Shown here piece by piece: positions 24,124 through 32,050 of a stretch of 32,050 nucleotides of DNA. This DNA comes from an uncultured Candidatus Saccharibacteria bacterium. GTDB taxonomy: Bacteria > Patescibacteriota > Minisyncoccia > JAHCSD01. The stretch lies in assembly GCA_964373435.1 (NCBI GenBank), contig CAYJUS010000002.1, positions 1 through 32,050 on the forward strand, in the 5' to 3' direction. Each line of letters opens with the position of its first letter. The first letter of the stretch is position 1. The notes beneath the pieces are model-generated. The model saw only the letters and a list, made by a program, of their open reading frames with translations, ran no database searches and was not told where the DNA came from. A program made the translations under genes and the position numbers.

Positions 24124-24228
24124 GACCCTTAATTTCCACAGACAGCAGGTGTCCTGAGCCCGTCGAAGGACTTAATTTCCTGCCAAGGAAGGGGAAGGAT
24201 TTTTGTCTGTGGGAGCAGGCAATTTTTT
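24124..24228 (+). ncRNA. Ribosomal protein L10 leader-like structured 5' UTR
   Basis: A long helix pairs ccacagaca (24136-24144) with tgtctgtgg (24205-24213) and gcagg with cctgc, enclosing an inner hairpin. The position upstream of rplJ is as expected for L10(L12)4 autoregulation. Confidence 0.5.
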
Positions 24229-24747
24229 ATGGCAATTACGCGGCAAAAAAAAGAAGATGTAGTAAAGGATGTAGGGGAAAAGCTTTCAAAAGCGAAGGTG
24301 TTTTTGTTTATGGATTACCGGGGGATGAAAGTAAAGGACATGAATGCGATCCGGAAAGAATTCAAGAGAAACGGCATAGACTTTCAGGTAGTCAAAAAAA
24401 CGCTTCTTAAGCGGATATGTGGGGGACTTAACCTTCCGTTTGAACAAAAGATTCTCAAGGGGCAGATTGCCATCATCACCGGGTACGAAGACGAGGTGAG
24501 GGTTCCCCAGACGTGGTATCGGTTTTTCAGAGAATCAGGTAAGCCCGTCGCCCTCGGGGGATATCTTGACGGGAGCGAGATTACGAAAGACGAGATTATT
24601 GCTCTTGCGAAGCTTCCTTCGCGGGAGGACCTTATCGGGAAGGTGGCGTTTCTTATCGCTTCCCCTCTGACGCAGTTTATACGCGTGCTTAACGGCAACA
24701 TGCGAAACTTAACTTTAGTATTGGATCAAATACAAAAGACAAAATAA
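24229..24747 (+). CDS. rplJ: 50S ribosomal protein L10
   Basis: KKEDVVKDVGEKLSKAKVFLFMDYRGMKVKDMNAIRKEFK is the typical L10 N-terminus. rplL lies downstream. Confidence 0.9.
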   Translation: MAITRQKKEDVVKDVGEKLSKAKVFLFMDYRGMKVKDMNAIRKEFKRNGIDFQVVKKTLLKRICGGLNLPFEQKILKGQIAIITGYEDEVRVPQTWYRFFRESGKPVALGGYLDGSEITKDEIIALAKLPSREDLIGKVAFLIASPLTQFIRVLNGNMRNLTLVLDQIQKTK

Positions 24748-24830
24748 AACAGGTGCTAGATGCTAGGTAGGTACTAGGTACTAATTCATTTCTCTAATCC
24801 CTAATTCCTAGTTACTAGTCCTTCGTACAT

Positions 24831-25247
24831 ATGGTCGATGAAACAGAAGTTATCCAAGAGGTCGAGGTTCCGGAAAAATTTAAGGATATCGTAAAAAAAA
24901 TCGAGGAGATGAGCGCGCTTGACTTATCTCTACTTGTGAAAGTGCTTGAGAAGAAATTCGGGGTGAGTGCCGCTGCGGTTTCCGTTGCAGCTTCTCCCGT
25001 GTCCTTGGGCGAGGGGGCAGGAGAGGAAACGGGACCCTCTACATTTAATGTGGAGCTTATGGACGCCGGAAGCTCAAAGATTAACGTAATTAAAGTGGTA
25101 CGGGAAGCGACGGGAAAGGGACTAAAAGACGCAAAGGATCTGGTTGATGCTGCGCCCAAGGTCATTAAGGAAAGTGTTTCGAAAGAGGAGGCAGAAGAGC
25201 TGAAAAAGAAACTGGAAGAAGCGGGCGGGAAGGTAGAGTTGAAATAA
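24831..25247 (+). CDS. rplL: 50S ribosomal protein L7/L12
   Basis: An Ala-rich hinge, then [55 protein letters not shown]. Confidence 0.9.
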   Translation: MVDETEVIQEVEVPEKFKDIVKKIEEMSALDLSLLVKVLEKKFGVSAAAVSVAASPVSLGEGAGEETGPSTFNVELMDAGSSKINVIKVVREATGKGLKDAKDLVDAAPKVIKESVSKEEAEELKKKLEEAGGKVELK

Positions 25248-25267
25248 AGAGGACGATATAAGCGTCA

Positions 25268-25296
25268 CAAAAACCAGCTTTATTGCTGGTTTTTGG
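25268..25296. terminator. Bidirectional terminator between rplL and the convergent 677-aa gene
   Basis: Hairpin aaaaaccagc-tttatt-gctggttttt. Confidence 0.75.
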
Positions 25297-25317
25297 TATC
25301 CGATTGCACCATTGGGA

Positions 25318-27351
25318 CTAAAGGTCTATCTCATACACGGTGAAATCATTGAGGAGATATGCTTTGTTCTGCGCTTCGTTTATTATGGCGTCAGTCAGAT
25401 CATTGAACCTTGGACTTTGATATCGGTTGAGAACCTCGCCGTTTTTGGAAAACTTCAGGAGCGAAGAATCGTCCCGGTCAACGAGATAGACATATGTCAT
25501 ATCTTTTGATGCAATGATTTTCCCTTCGCTAAACCGAGGCGGGAGCTCCCAATTTCCGGAAACGGTGCCGTTCGAGAGTTTGAGTATTTTGTTTTCTACG
25601 CTTGTCACATAGATCGATCCGTCAATTGCAAACGAGGGAGCGGAGGAGAGGGGAATGGGTTCTTTTGTCCACTCTTCACTAAATACAAGGCGGGAATCCC
25701 GAAGTCGGTATTTAAGGATAACACCGTTTCCTCCCAAAAAATAAAGATATTCTTGATAGGAGCCAATATCTTTTACGTCGAATTCTTGGGGAGGGAGAGG
25801 GCCATCGAGACGATCATGTGATTCGGTGGCGGGATCAAAAATGCGCATTCCCGATCCCGGAACAAACGAAATGAAACGTTGAGATGAATAGAGAAAGACG
25901 CTTGGCGTGTTCTCGCGCAGTTCTCCGTCCGGAAGAAACACAAGTTTCTCCACTTCGCCATCCTTCACATACATAGTTGCCGTGGCGTCGCTATATGCAA
26001 ATAGCTTGCCGTTGTTTGAGAAGAGATATCGTGGAGCGGCGCCAAGGTTATTTGTTATTTTCCACAAAACCTTTGGTTCTTCTATGACAATGGTTCCCAG
26101 CATCGTATCCTCAAGCCCATCAATTTTTTTTGCGAGATTCGTAAGACGCGGATCGGAGGAGGAGAATGCGGAAGAGATGCTTGAGAGAAGGAGACGCGCC
26201 TCTGAAAGATTGGTACGTGCGCGGGCTTTATCCCGAAATATGAGGGCATTTTCCGCTTGAGCAACGTGTGACTCTATTTGTTGAAGAGAGTCCGTAAGTT
26301 CTTCTTTGTTTCGGGGACCGTCATGGAACGTGATCCAGAAAACCGCTCCCGTAATAAGGAGGAGGGGAATAAGAAGTGCGGTACGCGTGAGACGGGGGGC
26401 GGAAAGGATTTTCGCGGCAAAAAGGCGGACCCCCGTCTTTGTGATATGTCCATAGCGGGGAAACCGAACATATTGGGAAAGAATACTCCGAATACGGGAT
26501 GGAGATAGTATCAGGGCGGGAAGACGCGAGGAATCTATTTTTTTAAGAGAAAAGAAGATAGAACGCACCAGAAGTAGCGCGTGACTTCTTGCGCGGGGAA
26601 GGGATAGAAAGACGAGACGATCGGGCTTGAGATTTTGCGCGACGCCCGCGCGGGGAACGGATACTCGCTCCTGTTTTTTTCTTTCTGTTTTTTGGACATG
26701 GAGTAAAAGTAAAGCAAAGAGTACATCAACGGTCCGGCGGTTTTCTCGAAGGAGCTTTTCGAGTTTTTCAAGGGGGAACGTATTATATTTTATGAGAATA
26801 TGTGTAAGGTTTTCCGTTGGAAATATCTCAAGAAGCCCGGGGGTGAGAAGCACCAATACGTCGTTTTCCGCAACCGCTCCCGTAAATACATGTTCAAACG
26901 CGTTTCTTTGTTCCTTCGTTTTTTCAGTTTTTCCGATTTCGCTCACCACTCCTTCACGCAAAAGCAAGAGAAGGGGAGACCCCACCGCGCTAAAAAGAAA
27001 TACTTTTTTCGTCCAAAGTCCCAGTATGATATGGAGACAACCGAGCCACGAAGCCGTAGTTTCCCTTGCCATGTTTTTGAGGAGGATGTTTGTTCGCACC
27101 AGCGCCTCTTCAAATGCCTCTTCGTGAGCACCCGGAGACGTGCGATACCCTTCGATGAAGGCGGAGGCAAGGGAGTGAACAAGAATATCTCCGTCTTGAC
27201 TGGGGGAAGATAATTCGATTATGATAAAAAGACTTCCCTGCTTCCCTTTTCGGGTTTCGCGATGGGTGAATATGCGTGCCACGCGGCCGTCATCCCCCTC
27301 CCCCCATACCAGTTCTTCCGATTTTAGAGCGTAGAGATCCTTCTTTTTCAT
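25318..27351 (-). CDS. Membrane-anchored protein: degenerate PP2C/SpoIIE-like N-domain, one TM, C-terminal beta-propeller-like repeats
   Basis: The N-terminal block order resembles PP2C but the metal-binding Asp residues are replaced (AVGSP for GDS, LLTPGL for SDGL). TM is ALLIPLLLITGAVFWITF. The C-terminus has 6-7 strand-rich repeats (YLFSNNGKLFAY, YLYFLGGNGVILKY, and others). Confidence 0.5.
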   Translation of the reverse strand: MKKKDLYALKSEELVWGEGDDGRVARIFTHRETRKGKQGSLFIIIELSSPSQDGDILVHSLASAFIEGYRTSPGAHEEAFEEALVRTNILLKNMARETTASWLGCLHIILGLWTKKVFLFSAVGSPLLLLLREGVVSEIGKTEKTKEQRNAFEHVFTGAVAENDVLVLLTPGLLEIFPTENLTHILIKYNTFPLEKLEKLLRENRRTVDVLFALLLLHVQKTERKKQERVSVPRAGVAQNLKPDRLVFLSLPRARSHALLLVRSIFFSLKKIDSSRLPALILSPSRIRSILSQYVRFPRYGHITKTGVRLFAAKILSAPRLTRTALLIPLLLITGAVFWITFHDGPRNKEELTDSLQQIESHVAQAENALIFRDKARARTNLSEARLLLSSISSAFSSSDPRLTNLAKKIDGLEDTMLGTIVIEEPKVLWKITNNLGAAPRYLFSNNGKLFAYSDATATMYVKDGEVEKLVFLPDGELRENTPSVFLYSSQRFISFVPGSGMRIFDPATESHDRLDGPLPPQEFDVKDIGSYQEYLYFLGGNGVILKYRLRDSRLVFSEEWTKEPIPLSSAPSFAIDGSIYVTSVENKILKLSNGTVSGNWELPPRFSEGKIIASKDMTYVYLVDRDDSSLLKFSKNGEVLNRYQSPRFNDLTDAIINEAQNKAYLLNDFTVYEIDL

Positions 27352-27392
27352 ATTGATTTATCATACCATAACTACGCATACTGCGCATATCT

Positions 27393-27980
27393 ATGGATAA
27401 AACCTTGGAACAACTTCTTGGTTCAAAATCCCGGATTCGGGTTTTGCGGCTGTTTTTTCACCAGCCGGAGGAATTTTTTTCCTTGAAGAAGATTTCTCAA
27501 AAGACAAAAGTGAAGCCGCATCTTCTCCGGAAGGAACTTACGACTCTCAAGCAGATAGGATTTCTGAAAACAAAATACATGAAGATAGGAAAGAACCGCA
27601 AAAGGGAGCTTTTGGGCGGGAACAAGGAGTTTTCGCTCTGGAAGGAATTGCAGGGGCTTGTCCTTGCTTCTTCACATGACTTGGTTTCTGAGATTGCCTC
27701 CGACATCAAAAAACTGGGGGCGGTAAAATTGGCGGTACTTGGCGGAACATTCATAAACCAGCATAACGCCCGCGCGGACATGTTGATTGTCGTTCCGCGG
27801 CTCTCCCAAAGAAAACTCAACCATTTTATCGGAAACATCGAGGCAGAGAGCGGCACGGATATTAACTGTGTCGTTATCACTCCCGCTGAATTCATCTATC
27901 GGTATAATCTGTGCGATCGGGTGGTGCGGGACATGCTTTCCCCTAAAAACGTTCGCCTGATCAATAAACTTGACTACTAG
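27393..27980 (+). CDS. Winged-helix (ArsR-like) protein with minimal nucleotidyltransferase-like C-terminal domain (hypothetical)
   Basis: SRIRVLRLFF...FSLKKISQKTKVKPHLLRKELTTLKQIGFL, then VLGGTF...ARADMLIVV, which resembles a degenerate GSxxxG...DxD NTase fold. Confidence 0.45.
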   Translation: MDKTLEQLLGSKSRIRVLRLFFHQPEEFFSLKKISQKTKVKPHLLRKELTTLKQIGFLKTKYMKIGKNRKRELLGGNKEFSLWKELQGLVLASSHDLVSEIASDIKKLGAVKLAVLGGTFINQHNARADMLIVVPRLSQRKLNHFIGNIEAESGTDINCVVITPAEFIYRYNLCDRVVRDMLSPKNVRLINKLDY

Positions 27981-27987
27981 GGGCGTA

Positions 27988-28125
27988 CCCGGTGCTACAA
28001 CTTCGAAATATAACGTTTCCGTAAGAATCTTTAGGATATGCCAGACATGATATTTTCTAGCGAGCTACTAAGGGCACCCCGTTTTTAATCAACGGGCCGG
28101 TGGCATTCGAAGTTGTAGCACCGGG
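27988..28125. repeat. Perfect 20-bp inverted repeat enclosing 98 nt, with the 3' arm overlapping the tRNA-Val 5' end
   Basis: cccggtgctacaacttcgaa (27988-28007) is the exact reverse complement of ttcgaagttgtagcaccggg (28106-28125). Confidence 0.9.
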
Positions 28126-28195
28126 CGCATGGCTCAGTGGTTAGAGCGCTATCCTCACACGATAGAGGTCCCAGGTTCGACCCCTGGTGCGCCCA
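28123..28195 (+). tRNA. tRNA-Val (anticodon CAC)
   Basis: Hand-folded cloverleaf: acceptor GGGCGCA/TGCGCCC, D arm GCTC-AGTGGTTA-GAGC, anticodon arm CTATC-CTCACAC-GATAG, T arm CCAGG-TTCGACC-CCTGG, discriminator A. CCA is not encoded. Confidence 0.9.
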
Positions 28196-28340
28196 TTCCA
28201 AACAGGGAAAAAACAGGTTCGAATCCTGTTGCGGCGGGGTAGATACACCCCTCCGTTTCCTTGTGGAAGTTACGAATTGCAGGAATGTAACCACGTTTTT
28301 TCTACTGGCACGAACCAGTTTTTTGTTTTATACTATAGAC

Positions 28341-28487
28341 ATGTCAGAGCCAAAACTTTTGATTATCCTCTTTATTCTGGTTCTTATTTCCTTTGCGTTT
28401 TTGATGGGAAGCGGAATGACGCACCCGAAAGAAATTATCGATTTTCTTCGAGATACGTGGGACCTCAAAAAGGCACTTACTCCTTAA
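28341..28487 (+). CDS. Possible 48-aa single-TM peptide
   Basis: MSEPKLLIILFILVLISFAFLMGSG.... No SD is present and tatact lies just upstream. The longer track ORF from 28137 runs through the tRNA and is not credible. Confidence 0.3.
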   Translation: MSEPKLLIILFILVLISFAFLMGSGMTHPKEIIDFLRDTWDLKKALTP

Positions 28488-28506
28488 TCTTTTCTCGCAA
28501 CGTATC

Positions 28507-29055
28507 ATGCGGCTTCAAGAGAAAACAATCGTCATATTCATAGAAAATATGTATGAGGATCTTGAGGTATGGTATCCATATTATCGCCTGAAAGAAGAGG
28601 GGGCGGAGATTCATTTCGTAGGTCCCGAGAAAAAGGAATATAAAGGGAAATACGGATACCCCGCGAAAGCGGACTTCACGATTCAAGAGATAGATCCTCA
28701 GGAGATTGACGTGGTGATAATCCCCGGAGGATTTGCGCCCGACTACATGAGGCGTGTGCCCCGTATGATTGAGTTTGTGCGCGAGATGCACCAGCAGAAA
28801 AAAGTGGTCGCGGCAATTTGCCACGGAGGATGGATGCTGGTGTCCGCGCGCATCATCAAGGGGAAAAACGTCACAAGTTTCTTTGCGATAAAAGACGACA
28901 TGGAAAACGCGGGGGGGAGGTGGCAGGATACCGAAGTTGTTCGAGACAAAAATATCATTACCTCGCGGAATCCCGATGACCTTCCTGCGTTTTGCCAAAC
29001 GATTATCGAAGCACTCACAAAAAAGACCTTTTTTCAAAAATTAGTGGGGAAATGA
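28507..29055 (+). CDS. DJ-1/PfpI-family protein (intracellular protease/glyoxalase-like)
   Basis: Nucleophile elbow AAICHGGWML, IIPGG, and the typical length. Confidence 0.85.
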   Translation: MRLQEKTIVIFIENMYEDLEVWYPYYRLKEEGAEIHFVGPEKKEYKGKYGYPAKADFTIQEIDPQEIDVVIIPGGFAPDYMRRVPRMIEFVREMHQQKKVVAAICHGGWMLVSARIIKGKNVTSFFAIKDDMENAGGRWQDTEVVRDKNIITSRNPDDLPAFCQTIIEALTKKTFFQKLVGK

Positions 29056-29071
29056 TACAATAAACAAGAAC

Positions 29072-29110
29072 AAAAAAACATCACCCTTCGGGGTGATGTT
29101 TTTTATTTTT
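29072..29110. terminator. Bidirectional terminator between the pfpI-like gene and the convergent ATPase gene
   Basis: Hairpin aacatcaccc-ttcg-gggtgatgtt, flanked by aaaaaaa and ttttttattttt. Confidence 0.8.
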
Positions 29111-29131
29111 ATTCGATAGCCGCCGTTTATG

Positions 29132-31900
29132 TTACACATTCGTCATTCTTCTCCTCACGAATTTATAGAGTTCTACCGCAAAAAAGACAGAAGAACTTAT
29201 AAGGAGTACAAGAATCCATTCGCGGATCGTGAGCGGATCAAACCGAAGAACGCGACCAAACCATTCTGCGGCCGCTTCCCCCCGGGGCGAGGATGGAAAT
29301 ACGGTGCGAATAAACAAGGGAAGATTAATGATTGTTACTTGGACAATGAGAGAGCCGATGATTCCCCAAAGAAGCCATCGGTTGGAAAGGGGATTTATGC
29401 GAAAGAGCGATTTGCGGAGAGATCGGAGGTTCAAGGCGTTAAAGATCTGAAAAAATGCCATCGAAGTAAAGGCGAGGGCCCGGGCATGTTCCCGGTTCTC
29501 TTCGCCTCCCCCCACCACTTGATAAAGGAATAAAGTTCCTCCTGCCATGAGAATTCCCGTAATGATGAGAAGCGGTACGATTTCGAGAGAAATAATATGC
29601 TCTTTTAAGCGGATGGGGTGTTTTTTCAGTTCGCCATGACTTGGCTCGAGCGCCAAAGGGGCGGTTACTGCGCCGTCTGTCACCAAATTAAGCCATAAGA
29701 TGTGAATGGGGAGGAGCGGAAGCCCCCACCCGAGTGCAAGTGCGGTCAAAATAGTGATATCTTCCGCTACGTTGGTGGTAACGAGAAAGAAGCTTACCTG
29801 ACGGATGTTCGTAAACACTACGCGGCCTTCTTCTACCGCGGAGACGACCGATGCAAAATTATCATCCATAAGAATCATTTCTGCGGATTCCCGCGCAATA
29901 TCGGTTCCCTGCTTGCCCATCGCAATTCCGACATCTGCCTGTTTTAGGGCGGGCGCGTCGTTGGTGCCGTCTCCGGTTACCGCAACCAAGTGCCCTTCTC
30001 CCTGGAGAAGTTTAGTGATGCGGAGTTTCGTGACCGGAGTCACGCGTGCAAAAATGGAAACTCCCCCGTGAATATTTTCAAGGAGTTCTTTATCGCTCAA
30101 CTTTGCCACCTCGTTTTCTGTCAGGAGAATTTCGGCACTGTTGTCTGTATCCGGAAGAGAGACAAGACCGATTGCGGTAGCAACGCTTAATGCGGTTCGC
30201 GGATGGTCTCCCGTAATCATGATTACCCGAATTCCGGCTTCTCGTGTTTTCGCGATGGCATCAGGAACCTCCTTCCGTATGGGATCCGAAAGCGCGATAA
30301 CACCCGCAAAGGTAAGGTCAGCAATATCGTCTTCAGAGAGGGCTTGTTTCCTAGCGGGCATTACCCGATATCCCACTCCGATCAATCGGTATCCTTCTTC
30401 CATGAGCGATTCTGCGCGCGAGAGAAAACGATCAAGCAGTGTATCGTTAAAGGGCCCCTCTCCTTTAGAGCTTAATACCCTGCTGCTTTTTTCAAGAATA
30501 CGCTCGAAGGCTCCCGCGACATACAGTTCTCTTTCTTGTGTTGATTCCGGATCTCCGCGTTCAATAAGGGTGGCGTGGAGTTTGATATTTTGATTGAAGG
30601 GGATTTCGTTTATCTCCCGTTCATGACTCGAAAGAATTTCTTTTGAAATTCCCGCGCGCATTCCGAGGACAAGAAGCGCGAGTTCCGTCGGACTTCCGAG
30701 AAGCTCGAGTTTTCCATCCTGAATAACAGAGGCATTATTTGCGATTGTTGCAATGTGGAGGACTTTTTTGAGGTGCGGTTCTTCAAGGGGGATAATTTGG
30801 TTTCCATCGCGGCTGAAGGTGCCCCGAAGGATGTCGGTGGCCGCGGGTTCAACGGTAATTTCCTCGTCCGAGAGAACCACCCTTAGCGCTTCCATCTTAT
30901 TTTCGGTGAGCGTTCCGGTTTTATCGGTAAGGATGATATCAACCGCGCCGAGAGTTTCGGTCGCAGGAAGCCGTCGGATGACGGCATTGCGCCGTGCCAT
31001 CCGCCAGGATCCCACCGCAAGAACAATCGCAAGGGCAGCGGGAAGTCCTTCGGGGATTCCCGAAACAAGAGATGCCATTGAAAAGAGAAGTATATCAAAT
31101 AGGGATATTCCCCGAAAAAGATAACCCAAAAGAAAAGTGGTAAGCGCTCCAAGAGAAGCAACCACCACCATGAAAAGGACGAGTTCCCCCGTCTTTTTTT
31201 CGAAGTGAGTTTTTGGCCGTTTGATTTTTCCTACCGCTTCCGCAATCTTCCCGAATTCGGTGTGTTTTCCCGTGGTGACAACAACCGCAATTGCGCGGCC
31301 CTGGACCGCGACCGTTCCTGCCCACACCATATTTTTTTTCTCGGCAATCGGTGTCTCTTTCGGTAGGAGATCCGTATGTTTCCCCTCCGGAAGAGACTCG
31401 CCCGTTAAGGGAGACTCATCCGTTTCAAAATTTTTCACCTCAACGAGCCGTGCGTCCGCAGGAATACTGTCTCCCATTCTGATAGAAAGGATATCGCCCG
31501 GGACGATTTCGGCGGCATCCACTTCGTGGAGACGTCCTTCCCTCACCACTTTTGTTTTATTTCGGATAAGTTTTCGCAAGAGCCGTATGGTGTGGTCCGC
31601 GCGATAGGTTTGCAGGAAGCCGATCGTGACGTTAATTATAACCACTATGAAGATAACTCCCGCATCTACCCAATTGTGAAAGAGAAGAGATAGAGCAGTT
31701 GCGCCCAAAAGCACATAGATCACAATGCTCTTAAATTGATTAAGGAGGAGGAACAGGGGAGGGGTTTCTTTTTCCTTCGGGATGATGTTTCTCCCCGTCT
31801 CTTTCAGTCGCTTTTCGACTTCTTCATAAGAAAGACCGCTCGGCTGGGTTCCAAGCGCTTTCATCACCTCTTCCGGGGTTTGAGTATATGGATACGACAT
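29132..31900 (-). CDS. P-type cation-transporting ATPase (type II, Ca2+/Mg2+-like)
   Basis: N-terminal cation-ATPase domain, TGES, DKTGTLT, MITGD, TGDGTNDAPAL and 10 TM segments. Confidence 0.9.
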   Translation of the reverse strand: MSYPYTQTPEEVMKALGTQPSGLSYEEVEKRLKETGRNIIPKEKETPPLFLLLNQFKSIVIYVLLGATALSLLFHNWVDAGVIFIVVIINVTIGFLQTYRADHTIRLLRKLIRNKTKVVREGRLHEVDAAEIVPGDILSIRMGDSIPADARLVEVKNFETDESPLTGESLPEGKHTDLLPKETPIAEKKNMVWAGTVAVQGRAIAVVVTTGKHTEFGKIAEAVGKIKRPKTHFEKKTGELVLFMVVVASLGALTTFLLGYLFRGISLFDILLFSMASLVSGIPEGLPAALAIVLAVGSWRMARRNAVIRRLPATETLGAVDIILTDKTGTLTENKMEALRVVLSDEEITVEPAATDILRGTFSRDGNQIIPLEEPHLKKVLHIATIANNASVIQDGKLELLGSPTELALLVLGMRAGISKEILSSHEREINEIPFNQNIKLHATLIERGDPESTQERELYVAGAFERILEKSSRVLSSKGEGPFNDTLLDRFLSRAESLMEEGYRLIGVGYRVMPARKQALSEDDIADLTFAGVIALSDPIRKEVPDAIAKTREAGIRVIMITGDHPRTALSVATAIGLVSLPDTDNSAEILLTENEVAKLSDKELLENIHGGVSIFARVTPVTKLRITKLLQGEGHLVAVTGDGTNDAPALKQADVGIAMGKQGTDIARESAEMILMDDNFASVVSAVEEGRVVFTNIRQVSFFLVTTNVAEDITILTALALGWGLPLLPIHILWLNLVTDGAVTAPLALEPSHGELKKHPIRLKEHIISLEIVPLLIITGILMAGGTLFLYQVVGGGEENREHARALAFTSMAFFQIFNALNLRSLRKSLFRINPLSNRWLLWGIIGSLIVQVTIINLPLFIRTVFPSSPRGEAAAEWFGRVLRFDPLTIREWILVLLISSSVFFAVELYKFVRRRMTNV

Positions 31901-31979
31901 GTTACCAGTATAACAAAATTTCCTCCAGAGGCGCTACCCAACGTGTTGTCTCGTGAACAGACATGCTATAATAATGGAT

Positions 31980-32050
31980 ATGGAGCAGGATTTTATTATT
32001 GACGTTGAGAACCTCTCTATTTCGTTTAACGGCGAGGATGTAGATCGGAA
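31980..32050 (+). CDS. 5' end of an ORF running off the window (possibly an ABC ATPase N-terminus)
   Basis: MEQDFIIDVENLSISFNGEDVDR resembles ABC nucleotide-binding-domain starts. TATAAT at 31967-31972 lies just upstream, and an alternative ATG is at 31974. Confidence 0.3.
   Translation, partial: MEQDFIIDVENLSISFNGEDVDR

Noticed and set aside
28137-28543. ORFs 28137-28487(+), 28187-28543(+) and 28085-28294(-)
   Set aside because: They run across the tRNA-Val gene and its downstream hairpins. Only the last 48 codons of the first, starting at the ATG at 28341, are hydrophobic and conceivably coding.
1-32050. CRISPR arrays, rRNA genes, IS elements or transposases, integrases, reverse transcriptases (retron/DGR), prophage structural genes
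   Set aside because: No regularly spaced direct repeats and none of the corresponding protein motifs were seen on either strand. The only repeats are the intergenic module, the palindrome and the tRNA-proximal inverted repeat.
1-32050. Alternative genetic code (UGA recoding, as in some CPR lineages)
   Set aside because: All recognised genes are full length with conserved C-termini under the standard code, and several end in TGA or TAA at the expected positions.

Overview
The window is a compact bacterial chromosome segment. Coding density is high, Shine-Dalgarno sites of the AAGGAGG type are frequent, and ORFs read cleanly under the standard genetic code. Gene content (orphan rplJ-rplL, many hypotheticals, sparse metabolism) suggests a small-genome Patescibacteria/CPR-like organism, but that is inference only. 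Housekeeping genes I recognise are guaB, pyrE, pyrF, pcm, mltG, rplJ with its leader, rplL, tRNA-Val(CAC), a PfpI/DJ-1 protein, a P-type cation ATPase, a CNNM/CorC transporter, an MFS transporter and a lone CheY-type receiver. A glycan cluster lies at 6.4-12.5 kb (PIG-L deacetylase, two GT4 glycosyltransferases, a GDE_C-like six-hairpin hydrolase, a GH130 phosphorylase). The left 4.5 kb looks accessory: GNAT, two small Gly-rich membrane proteins, a DinJ/RelB-YafQ/RelE toxin-antitoxin pair, a HExxH lipoprotein and a nucleoside deoxyribosyltransferase-like protein. These are linked by a duplicated ~250-nt structured intergenic module that carries its own promoter. The best candidate for an undescribed system is a self-contained cassette at 17.1-21.5 kb, wedged between pyrEF and pcm. 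It encodes a 746-749 aa protein built as Myb-like + [wHTH + degenerate metallophosphoesterase] + [wHTH + intact metallophosphoesterase]. After a strong terminator and a new promoter come a small basic-tailed HNH protein and a translationally coupled stand-alone ClpC-D2-type AAA+ unfoldase. No CRISPR array, rRNA, transposase, integrase or reverse transcriptase was seen. All homology calls come from motif recognition by eye, not from searches.
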